From an uncultured Actinomyces sp. (GTDB lineage Bacteria > Actinomycetota > Actinomycetes > Actinomycetales > Actinomycetaceae): a DNA stretch of 64,000 nt. Numbering within the stretch: the stretch's first letter is position 1; each line of letters starts with the position of its first letter. A model generated the notes under the pieces. It ran no database searches. It saw nothing but the letters and a program-made list of their open reading frames with translations, and was not told the DNA's origin. Of this stretch, positions 31,565 to 44,349 are shown in pieces. The stretch lies in contig CAMPYB010000001.1 in the NCBI GenBank assembly GCA_946998115.1, forward strand, positions 12,648 through 76,647, written 5' to 3'. The translations under genes were made by a program, and so were the position numbers.

Positions 31565-32950
31565 TCAATTTTCACGCATTAAATCTTGAACAGCTTTAGT
31601 AACTTTCTTTGCAACATCTTTATTAACCGCATCAGGAATTATATACAAAGGAGTAAGCTCATTATCTTCAATAACACTAGCTATAGCTACAGCTGCAACA
31701 CGTAACAGCTCATCAGTAATCTTATTGCATTTAGTATCAAGTAATCCTCTAAATAATCCTGGGAAAGCCAAAACATTGTTAATCTGATTAGGATAATCAC
31801 TTCTACCTGTTGCAACGACACTAGCATGCTTCATAGCAATATACGGATTAATTTCCGGAATAGGATTAGCCAAAGCAAAAACAATTGCATCATCCGCCAT
31901 AGAAGCAATATCGTTCTCATCTAAAATATTTCCAGAAGAAACACCAATGAACACATCAGCATCTTTCAAACCAGACTTTAAATCACCCACAACTAACCTA
32001 GGGTTAGTATTATTTGCAATCCAAGCACGGCTTGATTCAGTTTCATCAGTAACATTTTTACGGCAAAGAGCGCCATTTCTTCCATATCCAACAATGTCTG
32101 TTGCGCCTTGAGCAAGCAAAAGTTTAATTATTGCATTTCCAGCAGCTCCCACACCTGAAACAACAATACGCACATCTTTAATTGATTTTTTAACAATCTT
32201 CAAAGCATTAATCAAAGCTGCCAACACAACAACAGCCGTACCATGCTGATCATCATGAAAAATCGGAATATCTAATTCTTCGCGCAAACGAGCTTCAATC
32301 TCAAAACATCTAGGTGCAGAAATATCTTCCAAATTAATTCCACCAAAACCTGGAGCAATAGCTTTAACAGCAGAAATAATTTCTTCAGTATCCTGTGTAT
32401 CAAGCACTATTGGCCAAGCATTCACATCAGCAAATTGTTTAAACAACATAGCTTTACCTTCCATCACTGGAAGAGCAGCCTTCGGACCAATATTTCCAAG
32501 ACCCAAAACTGCGCTACCATCAGAGACAACAGCAACAGTATTAGATTTTATAGTCAAAGATAAAGCCTTTTCAGGATCATCAACAATAGCATTACACACT
32601 CGCGCAACACCTGGAGTATAGACTCTAGCAAGATCCTGACGCGTACTAACTGGACTAGAATTGACTTCAATCTTACCGCCCACATGCATTTGAAAAGTAA
32701 CATCTTCAACTTCAAGTATCTGAAGATTATCTTGTTTTTCCAACACGCGAACAACTTCTTTTATATGATCATCGCTTCGCGTATCACAAGCTAATTTCAC
32801 AATCAATCTATCTTTTTCAACATGCGTATTCATATCTGTTACTAAAGCATCAACATTTTGAATTTTCTGCAAAATATCAAAGACGCCATCTTTAGTTTCA
32901 GGAACAGCAAAAGTAATCGACACACTAAACGCAGGTCCGATATCAGACAT
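31565..32950 (-). CDS. NAD(P)-dependent malic enzyme with N-terminal ACT-like domain
   Basis: VYTPGVA, VSDGSAVLGLGNIG, VMEGKAMLFK, INLEDI, FHDDQHGTA, GVGAAG, ATGRSDYPNQINNVLAFPG. Confidence 0.93.
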   Translation of the reverse strand: MSDIGPAFSVSITFAVPETKDGVFDILQKIQNVDALVTDMNTHVEKDRLIVKLACDTRSDDHIKEVVRVLEKQDNLQILEVEDVTFQMHVGGKIEVNSSPVSTRQDLARVYTPGVARVCNAIVDDPEKALSLTIKSNTVAVVSDGSAVLGLGNIGPKAALPVMEGKAMLFKQFADVNAWPIVLDTQDTEEIISAVKAIAPGFGGINLEDISAPRCFEIEARLREELDIPIFHDDQHGTAVVVLAALINALKIVKKSIKDVRIVVSGVGAAGNAIIKLLLAQGATDIVGYGRNGALCRKNVTDETESSRAWIANNTNPRLVVGDLKSGLKDADVFIGVSSGNILDENDIASMADDAIVFALANPIPEINPYIAMKHASVVATGRSDYPNQINNVLAFPGLFRGLLDTKCNKITDELLRVAAVAIASVIEDNELTPLYIIPDAVNKDVAKKVTKAVQDLMREN

Positions 32951-32996
32951 ACAGACTCCTTCGTCTAACAAATAAAATTCACTAATTAAACATTAA

Positions 32997-33026
32997 ATTG
33001 GTTTGTGGCACCAGCCACAAACCAAT
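32997..33026 (-). terminator. Hairpin immediately after gatB
   Basis: ATTGGTTTGTGGC-ACCA-GCCACAAACCAAT, a perfect 13-bp inverted repeat. Confidence 0.7.
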
Positions 33027-33029
33027 ATA

Positions 33030-34526
33030 TTATAAACCAATCTTCTCTAAAATAATCTCTCGTACACGACTTGCATCAGCTTGACCTCTGGTAGCTTTCA
33101 TTATAGGTCCCATCAAAGCACCAATAGCTTGCATCTTTCCAGCTTTCAAACTATCTATAACATCAGGATTAGATTGCAAAGCATCATCAACAGCTTTTTC
33201 TAGAGCACTATCATCGCATACAACAGCAAGATGTTTATCCTCTACGATTTGATCAGGCTCTCCCTCACCTTCAATAACATAATGCAAAACTTTGCGTGCT
33301 ATTTTGTCATTAATCTTTTTACTGTCAACAAGCGACTGCAATTTGCATATTTGTTCAGGAGTAACATTGACTTGTTCAAGAGAAATCTCTTTATCTTTAG
33401 CTATACGAGAAATTTCACCCATCCACCATTTTCTAGCAGCATGAGGATGCGTACCAGATTTGACAGTTGCTTCTATTAAATCCAATGCATCTGCATTTAT
33501 AATATCACGCATTTCTACATCAGTTATTTCCCATTGAGAAATCAAGCGCTTACGACGCACTGCAGGCATTTCAGGCATACTTGAAGCAATTTCTTCAATC
33601 CAACGTTTAGATGGACAAACAGGAACAAGATCTGGTTCAGGGAAATACCTGTAATCATCCGCATCACTTTTAATACGACCAGCAGAAGTTGTATTCGTGT
33701 CCTCATGCCAGTGCCTAGTTTGCTGAATAATACTACCGCCATCTAACAATACAGTAGCTTGACGACGCATTTCATAATTTACAGCTTTTTCTATAGCTCT
33801 AAAAGAGTTCACGTTCTTTGTCTCAGTACGTATACCAAAAGCGTCTTCAGGCGATTTTCTAAGTGAAACATTTATATCAGCACGCACATTTCCTCTTTCC
33901 ATACGAGCTTCAGAAACTTGTAAAGCTCTGAATATGTCGCGCAAAGATTGAACATATGCTGCTGCTATTTCAGGAGCTCTATCACCACAACCTTCTATTG
34001 GTTTTGTAACAATTTCTACAAGAGGCACACCAGCACGATTATAGTCAACTAGTGAGTGATTAGCTCCTTGAATACGTCCGTCAGCTCCACCTATATGAGT
34101 GTTCTTACCAGCATCTTCTTCCATATGTGCACGTTCAATATTGACTCTAAAGATTGTTCCATCTTTAAGCTCAACATCTAAATACCCATCGTAAGCGATT
34201 GGTTCGTCATACTGTGAAGTTTGAAAATTCTTAGGAACATCTGGATAAAAATAATTTTTACGCGCAAAGCGACAAGATGATGCTATAGAACAATTCAATG
34301 CTAAACCGATTTTTATCGCATATTCCACTGCTTTTTTGTTAACAACTGGCAAGCAACCAGGCAATCCAAGAGAAACTGGAGTGACCATGGTATTAGGTTC
34401 TGCGCCGAATACGTTAGGAGCAGAATCAAACATTTTTGTTTTAGTACCTAATTCGACGTGAACTTCTATACCTAAAACCGGATCAAATTCTTTAGTTGCT
34501 TTCTCATAAGACACAAGTTGCGACAT
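33030..34526 (-). CDS. gatB: Asp-tRNA(Asn)/Glu-tRNA(Gln) amidotransferase subunit B
   Basis: [53 protein letters not shown] overlap with gatA. Confidence 0.97.
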   Translation of the reverse strand: MSQLVSYEKATKEFDPVLGIEVHVELGTKTKMFDSAPNVFGAEPNTMVTPVSLGLPGCLPVVNKKAVEYAIKIGLALNCSIASSCRFARKNYFYPDVPKNFQTSQYDEPIAYDGYLDVELKDGTIFRVNIERAHMEEDAGKNTHIGGADGRIQGANHSLVDYNRAGVPLVEIVTKPIEGCGDRAPEIAAAYVQSLRDIFRALQVSEARMERGNVRADINVSLRKSPEDAFGIRTETKNVNSFRAIEKAVNYEMRRQATVLLDGGSIIQQTRHWHEDTNTTSAGRIKSDADDYRYFPEPDLVPVCPSKRWIEEIASSMPEMPAVRRKRLISQWEITDVEMRDIINADALDLIEATVKSGTHPHAARKWWMGEISRIAKDKEISLEQVNVTPEQICKLQSLVDSKKINDKIARKVLHYVIEGEGEPDQIVEDKHLAVVCDDSALEKAVDDALQSNPDVIDSLKAGKMQAIGALMGPIMKATRGQADASRVREIILEKIGL

Positions 34527-36031
34527 TATTTTCCCTCCAAAACAGGGGCATTTTTCAAAATATTTCCACCCCAATTTTCATTCAATAGTTCCTCAAGTCT
34601 ACTGGCAACTTTATACATACGTGCATCTTCATGAGCAGGTGCTAATATTTGCAAACCAACAGGCAATCCTTCACTCAAACCAGATGGAATTGAAATACCT
34701 GGCACACCAGCAAGATTTGCAGGAATAGTAGCTATATCATTCAAATACATTGCCAAAGGATCATTCATCTTATCACCAAATTTAAATGCTACTGCAGGTG
34801 AAGTCGGAGATAACAAAACATCCACTTTTTCAAATGCATTATTAAAATCACGTTGTATAAGTGTTCTAACTCTCTGTGCACTAACATAGTAATCATCCAC
34901 ATGACCAGAAGATAAAGCGTAAGTACCAAGTATAATTCTACGTTTAACTTCGTCACCAAAACATGCTCCACGAGTTGTAGCCATCATCGTTTCAACTGTA
35001 ATAGGACCCTCTTTAGGTAAGACTCTTGCGCCATAACGCACACCATCAAAACGAGCTAAATTAGATGAGACTTCAGCTGGCATTATCAAATAGTATGCTG
35101 ACAGTGCATATTTAAATGAAGGACAAGAAACTTCAGTAATATTAGCACCATGTTCTTTAAGGAGTTGCAAAACATTATCAAAAGATTCTTGTACACCTTT
35201 TTCATAGCCCTCGCCAGTCAATTCTTTTACAACACCAATTCTGACTTTTGACAAATCAAAATTATTATCTTCAAGAACCTTTACTACATCATATGCGTCT
35301 TCATTAAGCGAAGTAGAATCTAATTCATCATATCCACCAATAATCGACTGTAAAACAGCGGCATCAGAAACTGTTCGCGCAACAGGTCCTATCTGATCAA
35401 GAGACGAAGCCATAGCTACTAATCCGTATCTAGACACTCTACCGTAAGTAGGTTTAGCACCGACTGTTCCAGTAACAGCTCCAGGTTGACGAATCGAACC
35501 GCCAGTATCTGAACCTAGAGCAAGAGGAACCATATACGAAGCAACAGCTGCAGCGGAACCTCCTCCGCTACCACCAGGAATGCGCTCTAAATCCCAAGGA
35601 TTAGATGTGCGTTTAAAAGCTGAATGCTCAGTAGAAGAGCCCATTGCGAACTCATCCATATTCGTTTTGCCAATTATCGGCATCATTTCAGCTTTAATCT
35701 TTTTTATAACAGTTGCGTCATAAGGAGAAACCCAATTTTCCAACATTTTGGAACCGCAAGTTGTTTTCATTCCTGTAACGCATATATTGTCTTTAATAGC
35801 AATTGGGATACCTGCAAGTTTAGGCAATTTTTCACCTTTTGCGCGTTTTTCATCAACTGCTTTTGCTGTCTTTAAAGCACCTTCACTGTCTACATATAAA
35901 AATGCATTTACTTTATCATCTATTTCTTTAATTCTATTTAAACATTCTTGTGTTAATTCAACTGCAGTGAGCTGTCCACTTTCAAGTTTCTCTGCCATTT
36001 GTTGAGCAGAAAGTTTCAAAATATTATTCAT
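34526..36031 (-). CDS. gatA: Amidotransferase subunit A
   Basis: [54 protein letters not shown]. Confidence 0.97.
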   Translation of the reverse strand: MNNILKLSAQQMAEKLESGQLTAVELTQECLNRIKEIDDKVNAFLYVDSEGALKTAKAVDEKRAKGEKLPKLAGIPIAIKDNICVTGMKTTCGSKMLENWVSPYDATVIKKIKAEMMPIIGKTNMDEFAMGSSTEHSAFKRTSNPWDLERIPGGSGGGSAAAVASYMVPLALGSDTGGSIRQPGAVTGTVGAKPTYGRVSRYGLVAMASSLDQIGPVARTVSDAAVLQSIIGGYDELDSTSLNEDAYDVVKVLEDNNFDLSKVRIGVVKELTGEGYEKGVQESFDNVLQLLKEHGANITEVSCPSFKYALSAYYLIMPAEVSSNLARFDGVRYGARVLPKEGPITVETMMATTRGACFGDEVKRRIILGTYALSSGHVDDYYVSAQRVRTLIQRDFNNAFEKVDVLLSPTSPAVAFKFGDKMNDPLAMYLNDIATIPANLAGVPGISIPSGLSEGLPVGLQILAPAHEDARMYKVASRLEELLNENWGGNILKNAPVLEGK

Positions 36032-36327
36032 GCATCTTCTCCAAGTATTTGAGGCACTAGAAAACGATTATCTTCACATTCTGGTGCGCCAGCCAATACA
36101 CTTTCTCTATCAATACATTCTTTCACTTCATCCTCACGCATAACGTTAGATAAAGGAATAGGGTGAGATGTTGCTGGGACATCAGATGTAGCCACTTGTG
36201 AAACTTTTTCCACAGCATTAGCAATAACATCAAATTCACCGGTCATACGTTCAATTTCTTCGTCTGTTAAAGCCAGACGAGCAAGCCCTGCTATACGAGC
36301 TACTTCTTCTTTAGGAATAACATGCAT
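36028..36327 (-). CDS. gatC: Amidotransferase subunit C
   Basis: [34 protein letters not shown]; first gene of gatCAB; TATAGT 6 nt before ATG. Confidence 0.95.
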   Translation of the reverse strand: MHVIPKEEVARIAGLARLALTDEEIERMTGEFDVIANAVEKVSQVATSDVPATSHPIPLSNVMREDEVKECIDRESVLAGAPECEDNRFLVPQILGEDA

Positions 36328-36563
36328 GAAACGACTATATCCTTTTTTGCATAAATTTTAACATTACATTGCAATCATACAACATGTAAATATATGATTA
36401 CAAAACTTATATATAACAGTGTATCAAACTTTAAACTTAATATAATAAAAATCATTTTATATAAAACATTCAAATAAAAAATAATAGAAAAATAATTCAT
36501 AATAACTAATAATCATAAAAGCTAAAGAATAGATATTCGCATATAAATATAAAAATACAATAT

Positions 36564-36738
36564 TTGCTTTTTCACAGTATCAAGGTATATAATCTTCACT
36601 AGAAGATGCAGAAATAAAAAGAGTGAAGCTCATCATATTATTGATATGTATTTTCTCTCCCTTATTTTTCTCCTTTTCTTTCTTGTTTTTTTGTTGTTTT
36701 TTTTGCCTCCGAAAAGTAGGCAAAGTAATTTAAACTAA
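36564..36738 (+). ncRNA. Candidate small RNA or small-peptide transcript with a CU-rich tract
   Basis: TTGCTT-18 nt-TATAAT promoter (36564-36593), a pyrimidine tract at about 36651-36704, and hairpin TTTGCCT-CCGAAAAGT-AGGCAAA. Confidence 0.3.
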
Positions 36739-36922
36739 AGTTTTACTGCAAGCATATCAATATAAAATAATTATTTTTAGCAAACATAACATATGCTTAT
36801 AGTTCATATAAAAACACACAAAAATAAAATACTATTCACTAATAGAAAACAAAACATATATCACATATTTCAAATATAAAAATACAACAAAAATTCTGAC
36901 AAAATAATAAAAATTAGATATT

Positions 36923-38209
36923 ATGATAAATATGATGGCAAAGACGAAAAGTGTAAAAAATTCAATATCCAAAACTAATATATTAAAAATATTCAAAACG
37001 CTAACTATAATTTTCGCGATAATACAGTCCATCACAATAAGTGGCGTAATGCTTTTCGACTATTTCAGAAAAAGATATATAAGAATAAAAAATTTCACTT
37101 TTCCATCTCTCCCACCTAAAACAATACAAATAAAAGACTCAAAAATAAAAACATACACTGAAGGAAAATCCTTATATAAAGATATGCTCAAAGATATCAA
37201 TTCAGCAAAAAAATATATATTATTTGAAACTTATATTTGGAAAGATGACATAGTAGGCAGAAATTTTAAAAAAGAACTCATAAAAGCAGCTAGACGCGGA
37301 ATAAAAGTTTTCATCGTATTTGACAGCTTTGGGAATCTAGTTATACCTCGAATATTTAAAAGATTTCCAAAAATACCAAATTTATACGTTATAGAATTCC
37401 CAATCATGCGCCACGGCTTATTAACACTAAACCTAAGACAAACAGGCAGAGATCATCGTAAAATATTGGTTGTAGACGGCAAAAAAGGATACGTTGGAGG
37501 ATACAATATCGGGTCACTTTATAAAGACAAATGGCGCGACACTCACATGCGCATTATAGGCTCTACAGTTTGGGAAATAGAAAATGCTTTTGTTGTCTTT
37601 TGGAATAATGTAAAGAAAAAACATTTACCTCACATATATCAACCCGGAACAAAAAGTTGGGACTCAAATGTTCGCGCCGCAGTCAATAATCCTAGCAGAC
37701 TACTATATCCTGTACGCGGATTATATATAGATTCAATAGATAGAGCTAGAAAAAATATCTGGATAACTCAAGCTTATTTCATTCCTGACAAAGAAATTTT
37801 AGAAGCATTAATAAAAGCCGCAAGAAGAGGCGTTGATGTAAAAATATTAATACCTGAAAAATCAAATCATATAATAGCAGACTGGGTAGCTAGCGCGTAT
37901 TTCGATAAATTATTAGACGCTGGAGTAGAAATATGGTTATACAAAAACGCAATGATACACGCTAAAACTTGCACCGTAGACGGAAGATGGTCAACTATAG
38001 GCACAGCAAATATCGATCGTTTATCTATGACTGGAAATTTTGAAATAAATATACAAATATGGTCAAAACGATTAGCAGAACGTATGGAAGATATCTTCAG
38101 AAACGATCTGTCAAACTCTGTACAACTACCTTTCAGTAAATGGCAAGAACGCAGTATTATGCAACGTGTTATAGAAAAAATATTGCGCCCACTAAGCCCT
38201 ATACTATAA
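36923..38209 (+). CDS. Cardiolipin synthase / phospholipase D family protein
   Basis: Two HKD motifs (RDHRKILVVDG, IHAKTCTVDG), VGGYNI, WRDTH, QAYFIP, IGTANID; N-terminal TM; start uncertain. Confidence 0.9.
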   Translation: MINMMAKTKSVKNSISKTNILKIFKTLTIIFAIIQSITISGVMLFDYFRKRYIRIKNFTFPSLPPKTIQIKDSKIKTYTEGKSLYKDMLKDINSAKKYILFETYIWKDDIVGRNFKKELIKAARRGIKVFIVFDSFGNLVIPRIFKRFPKIPNLYVIEFPIMRHGLLTLNLRQTGRDHRKILVVDGKKGYVGGYNIGSLYKDKWRDTHMRIIGSTVWEIENAFVVFWNNVKKKHLPHIYQPGTKSWDSNVRAAVNNPSRLLYPVRGLYIDSIDRARKNIWITQAYFIPDKEILEALIKAARRGVDVKILIPEKSNHIIADWVASAYFDKLLDAGVEIWLYKNAMIHAKTCTVDGRWSTIGTANIDRLSMTGNFEINIQIWSKRLAERMEDIFRNDLSNSVQLPFSKWQERSIMQRVIEKILRPLSPIL

Positions 38210-38285
38210 ACATTTATTTTCTTTTCAGCTAACTAATAAAAAACAACAATTCATAATTAAAACTTTAAATTGAGTCACAAATCTT

Positions 38286-40826
<2,541 letters not shown>

Positions 40827-40857
40827 TTATAAATCATTATTTAAAAAAATTAATATT

Positions 40858-40866
40858 TTATCCACA
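40858..40866 (+). promoter_or_regulatory. Consensus DnaA box in the ligA / FtsK-like divergent promoter region
   Basis: TTATCCACA. Confidence 0.35.
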
Positions 40867-40917
40867 TTTTATAATGTTCAATCACGTAACATATTCTCAG
40901 AATTTTATCATTACTGT

Positions 40918-43900
40918 ATGGATAACATAATTTTTATCAAAATCTTTTTGAATGCTGAATATTTTTTGCATATTAGAAAAGGAAAATATCACGGAATATA
41001 TATACCTGTCATTAATGTTGAAAATATTCATAACATTACTGAAGTAGAACATGAAAAAATTTTTGAATGCATATTGTTTACTAGAGAAATTATAAATAAA
41101 AGCATAAAAGAAATAGTATGCTATTCAAATAAAAAATTTTATAAAATAAAATTCGACTCGGGCCTGGACAATATTATTACAACTAAAAAATTACCAAGAT
41201 TTTTCCGAAAAATAAATTCAATATTTTTTACAGTTGTCGCTCGATATGACATTTTATTGAATAGCAAAACAGATGATCTTGATATTAAGAAAAATTATAA
41301 CAAAGATAAATATGCTTTTTTACACAGGTTTCTTATGCCTATATCTGCGATTATATCAACATTTATGTTTATAATATTTTTTCCAAATAGTCTTTTCAGA
41401 ATATTTTTCACTATACCATTATTTGTTACAAGTATAATCAGCTTAAAATTTTCAAAATCAAAATCTATATCTATGCTACAACTGTACTTATCTTTCTTAT
41501 ATAGAATAGAAAATAATTTACAAACAACTATAGAAAACAGTAATGTACAAAAAGAAAATTTTTACAGCATATATTTACCAAAAAAATTTATAAATTCTTT
41601 TCTATCGAAAATACAACGTTTTTATTTACAAGAAAAAATATATTTGCAAGGAAAATACGCTTACGAATATTCATTGTATATAACTATGCAATTATTCGTT
41701 TTTCATAATTTAAACTATTTTATTGACAAAGATAATGCCATTTCTTATATGCAAAATAAGAATGATAAAAATATGCATAATGAAATAATGTTGAAAATAC
41801 TCTCTAAAAATAGTCAAAATTTTTGTGCGACTAAGATAATAAAATGTGACCAAAAAATAAAAGATTTTAATTTCTACATGCCAAATGCATTATTCAAACT
41901 AGGAATTAAAAATAGCACTCCTAATCGATTACCAATTGTCGCCAAATTTCAAGACAACATTACTTTTTCTTTAGAAGATATAAGAAATAATTGGGATAAA
42001 AACATATTTGACTTGTCAGCTCCTTGCGCTATATCTAAAGAAAGTATTTATCACCTAAATTTTAATAATACAAGTCCACATGCGTTAATAAGTGGTTCTA
42101 CAGGTAGCGGTAAAAGCGAAGCACTAGTGACTATAATCCTATCATTATGCATAAAATATTCACCGAAATTTTTAAAATTTATATTAGTGGATTATAAAGG
42201 AGGAAGCACTTTTAAAGCTCTAGAAAATTTGCCACATGTTGAAAATGTTTATACAGATATAAATCAGAATTCAACAATGCGCGCAATAGAGTTTATAAAA
42301 ATTGAAATACAAAAAAGATCAGCTGAACTAGCAAGATATAGAGTAAAAAATATTGATGAATACAATAATTTTAGAACTAATGAAAATAATAAATTACCAA
42401 AATTATTGATAATAATAGATGAATTTTTATCCCTTTCATCACAAAATTGTCAAATCATAAATTCACTAATAGATGTTACTACTAAAGGCAGAGCTTTAGG
42501 AATATACATGTTATTAGCAACACAAAATACTTCTTCAAATATACCTAAGGAAATCAAAACTAATATCAGTACACAAATTTATATGGATAAGAATGAATAC
42601 GATCTACATTTTGTAAATAAACCTAATTATCCCAAAATTGCTGGTAGAGCTAATATAGACGGACAAGAAATACAATTTTTATGGATAGGACACTATCATG
42701 ACAGCCTTTTTAAAACCATAATTTATAACGTAAATGACACATACAAAGAATATAATAATAAAAATACAGTTAAAATAGTTCCTCCAAGTTTGCCTAAAAA
42801 ATTATATTTTGCAAATAATATAATTTATAGCAATGAAAACAAAAAAATCTGGAATAAAGAAACTTTATTTAACAAAAAATGTAATGAAATAATAATAGGA
42901 ATTGCAGACTTGAAATATGATAAAAAGCAAATTCCTTTCACTCTAAAAGCAAATTCGCATAATTTCTCTATACCTAATTATTGTATAACGAAATATATCG
43001 CTAATATTATTTTCCAAAGTGCACTTTATTCTACAACATATGTATTTACACAGTGTAAAGAAAAATATGAATTTATATTAGGAGTAAGTTTTTTAACAAA
43101 TATTGTGTACATAGACTTATCAGAAATAGCATTTTGCTACAGTGTTTTAGAAAAAATTACAAATACACACACAATAAACTTTCCCAACATAATATTTGAT
43201 TGCTGGGAAGACTTACAAGAAAATATTCAAATACAAAAATTAGATTATAAAAATAAAATCATAAAAACGTGTCTTGATTTCTCTAAAAAATATGAAAGAA
43301 AAATTATTATATTCTCAAAATCACCAATTTCAGGATTCAATAAATACTATTTTTTTGAAACAAACAATTGGCAAGATAGTAGCAAATGGCAACAATATAT
43401 AGTTCCTATGAATACACAAATTAATGCAACAAATGATATAAAAAATACTGAAATTATTAAAGGAAGAATTACTACAGATTATAATAATCATAAAATACAA
43501 ATACAGCTTATTGAAAATAAATATTTTCATAAAAATAAACTAACAATTTTAAAGAAAAAATACTTATCAGAAAAAGATTATGCTTTCAAAACACCACAAT
43601 TATTTATTTATAACAAGCAACAAACTTTACTGGAAAGCAAAAATAATAATAAATGTAATATATTATTTGGAATAGAAAAATTATCTTTAAAACATATATA
43701 TCTTCCAGAAAATAAAACATATACTATATTTCATTCAAACAAAAGTGAAAAAGAAAAAATATTAAAAATATTTTTCAATTTAACAAACAAGAATAGTTTA
43801 AAAGAATTTTACGAAAATCATATTTTAACTACACAAGTAAATGAATTATCTTTAAAAAATATTTTTATAGAAAACAACAACAATATTTATTGTATAACCG

Positions 43901-44310
43901 ATACAACAGAAAACATTTTAGATAATTACATTGATGCTTACAATAAAAAAGCTCTTCATAATACTGCACAAAATATCCATATAAAAAATGTTATAGATTC
44001 TTTTAAAGATGAAGATAAAAATACTGATATATTACCAACAAATAAAATAACAAAAATAATTTTCGTAGACAAAACTAATTATAAATCTATCAAAAATTAT
44101 ACAGAAAAAATGCAAACAAATATTTTTAGCAATAATGAAATTAAACTTTTTTTCCATCCAGATGCTCAAGAAATGCAAATTTTATATCCACAATTTTCCG
44201 AAAGTAAGATTGGAAAAAATATTATTTACGACAAAGAAAATGATCCTGAAATTTTAGTAATATACAATAATAAATACTCATGGATAAAACTCGTAGAATA
44301 TTCAGACTAG
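40918..44310 (+). CDS. FtsK/SpoIIIE-domain ATPase, EccC/EssC (type VII secretion coupling protein)-like, with degenerate C-terminal ATPase domains
   Basis: TM hairpin at about aa 137-177; PHALISGSTGSGKSE, LVDYKGGSTF, LLIIIDEF, KGRALGIYMLLATQ; TATCAT 6 nt before ATG. Confidence 0.75.
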   Translation: MDNIIFIKIFLNAEYFLHIRKGKYHGIYIPVINVENIHNITEVEHEKIFECILFTREIINKSIKEIVCYSNKKFYKIKFDSGLDNIITTKKLPRFFRKINSIFFTVVARYDILLNSKTDDLDIKKNYNKDKYAFLHRFLMPISAIISTFMFIIFFPNSLFRIFFTIPLFVTSIISLKFSKSKSISMLQLYLSFLYRIENNLQTTIENSNVQKENFYSIYLPKKFINSFLSKIQRFYLQEKIYLQGKYAYEYSLYITMQLFVFHNLNYFIDKDNAISYMQNKNDKNMHNEIMLKILSKNSQNFCATKIIKCDQKIKDFNFYMPNALFKLGIKNSTPNRLPIVAKFQDNITFSLEDIRNNWDKNIFDLSAPCAISKESIYHLNFNNTSPHALISGSTGSGKSEALVTIILSLCIKYSPKFLKFILVDYKGGSTFKALENLPHVENVYTDINQNSTMRAIEFIKIEIQKRSAELARYRVKNIDEYNNFRTNENNKLPKLLIIIDEFLSLSSQNCQIINSLIDVTTKGRALGIYMLLATQNTSSNIPKEIKTNISTQIYMDKNEYDLHFVNKPNYPKIAGRANIDGQEIQFLWIGHYHDSLFKTIIYNVNDTYKEYNNKNTVKIVPPSLPKKLYFANNIIYSNENKKIWNKETLFNKKCNEIIIGIADLKYDKKQIPFTLKANSHNFSIPNYCITKYIANIIFQSALYSTTYVFTQCKEKYEFILGVSFLTNIVYIDLSEIAFCYSVLEKITNTHTINFPNIIFDCWEDLQENIQIQKLDYKNKIIKTCLDFSKKYERKIIIFSKSPISGFNKYYFFETNNWQDSSKWQQYIVPMNTQINATNDIKNTEIIKGRITTDYNNHKIQIQLIENKYFHKNKLTILKKKYLSEKDYAFKTPQLFIYNKQQTLLESKNNNKCNILFGIEKLSLKHIYLPENKTYTIFHSNKSEKEKILKIFFNLTNKNSLKEFYENHILTTQVNELSLKNIFIENNNNIYCITDTTENILDNYIDAYNKKALHNTAQNIHIKNVIDSFKDEDKNTDILPTNKITKIIFVDKTNYKSIKNYTEKMQTNIFSNNEIKLFFHPDAQEMQILYPQFSESKIGKNIIYDKENDPEILVIYNNKYSWIKLVEYSD

Positions 44311-44349
44311 TTTCATCAAATTTTCATTATCAATTCAAATATGCAAATA

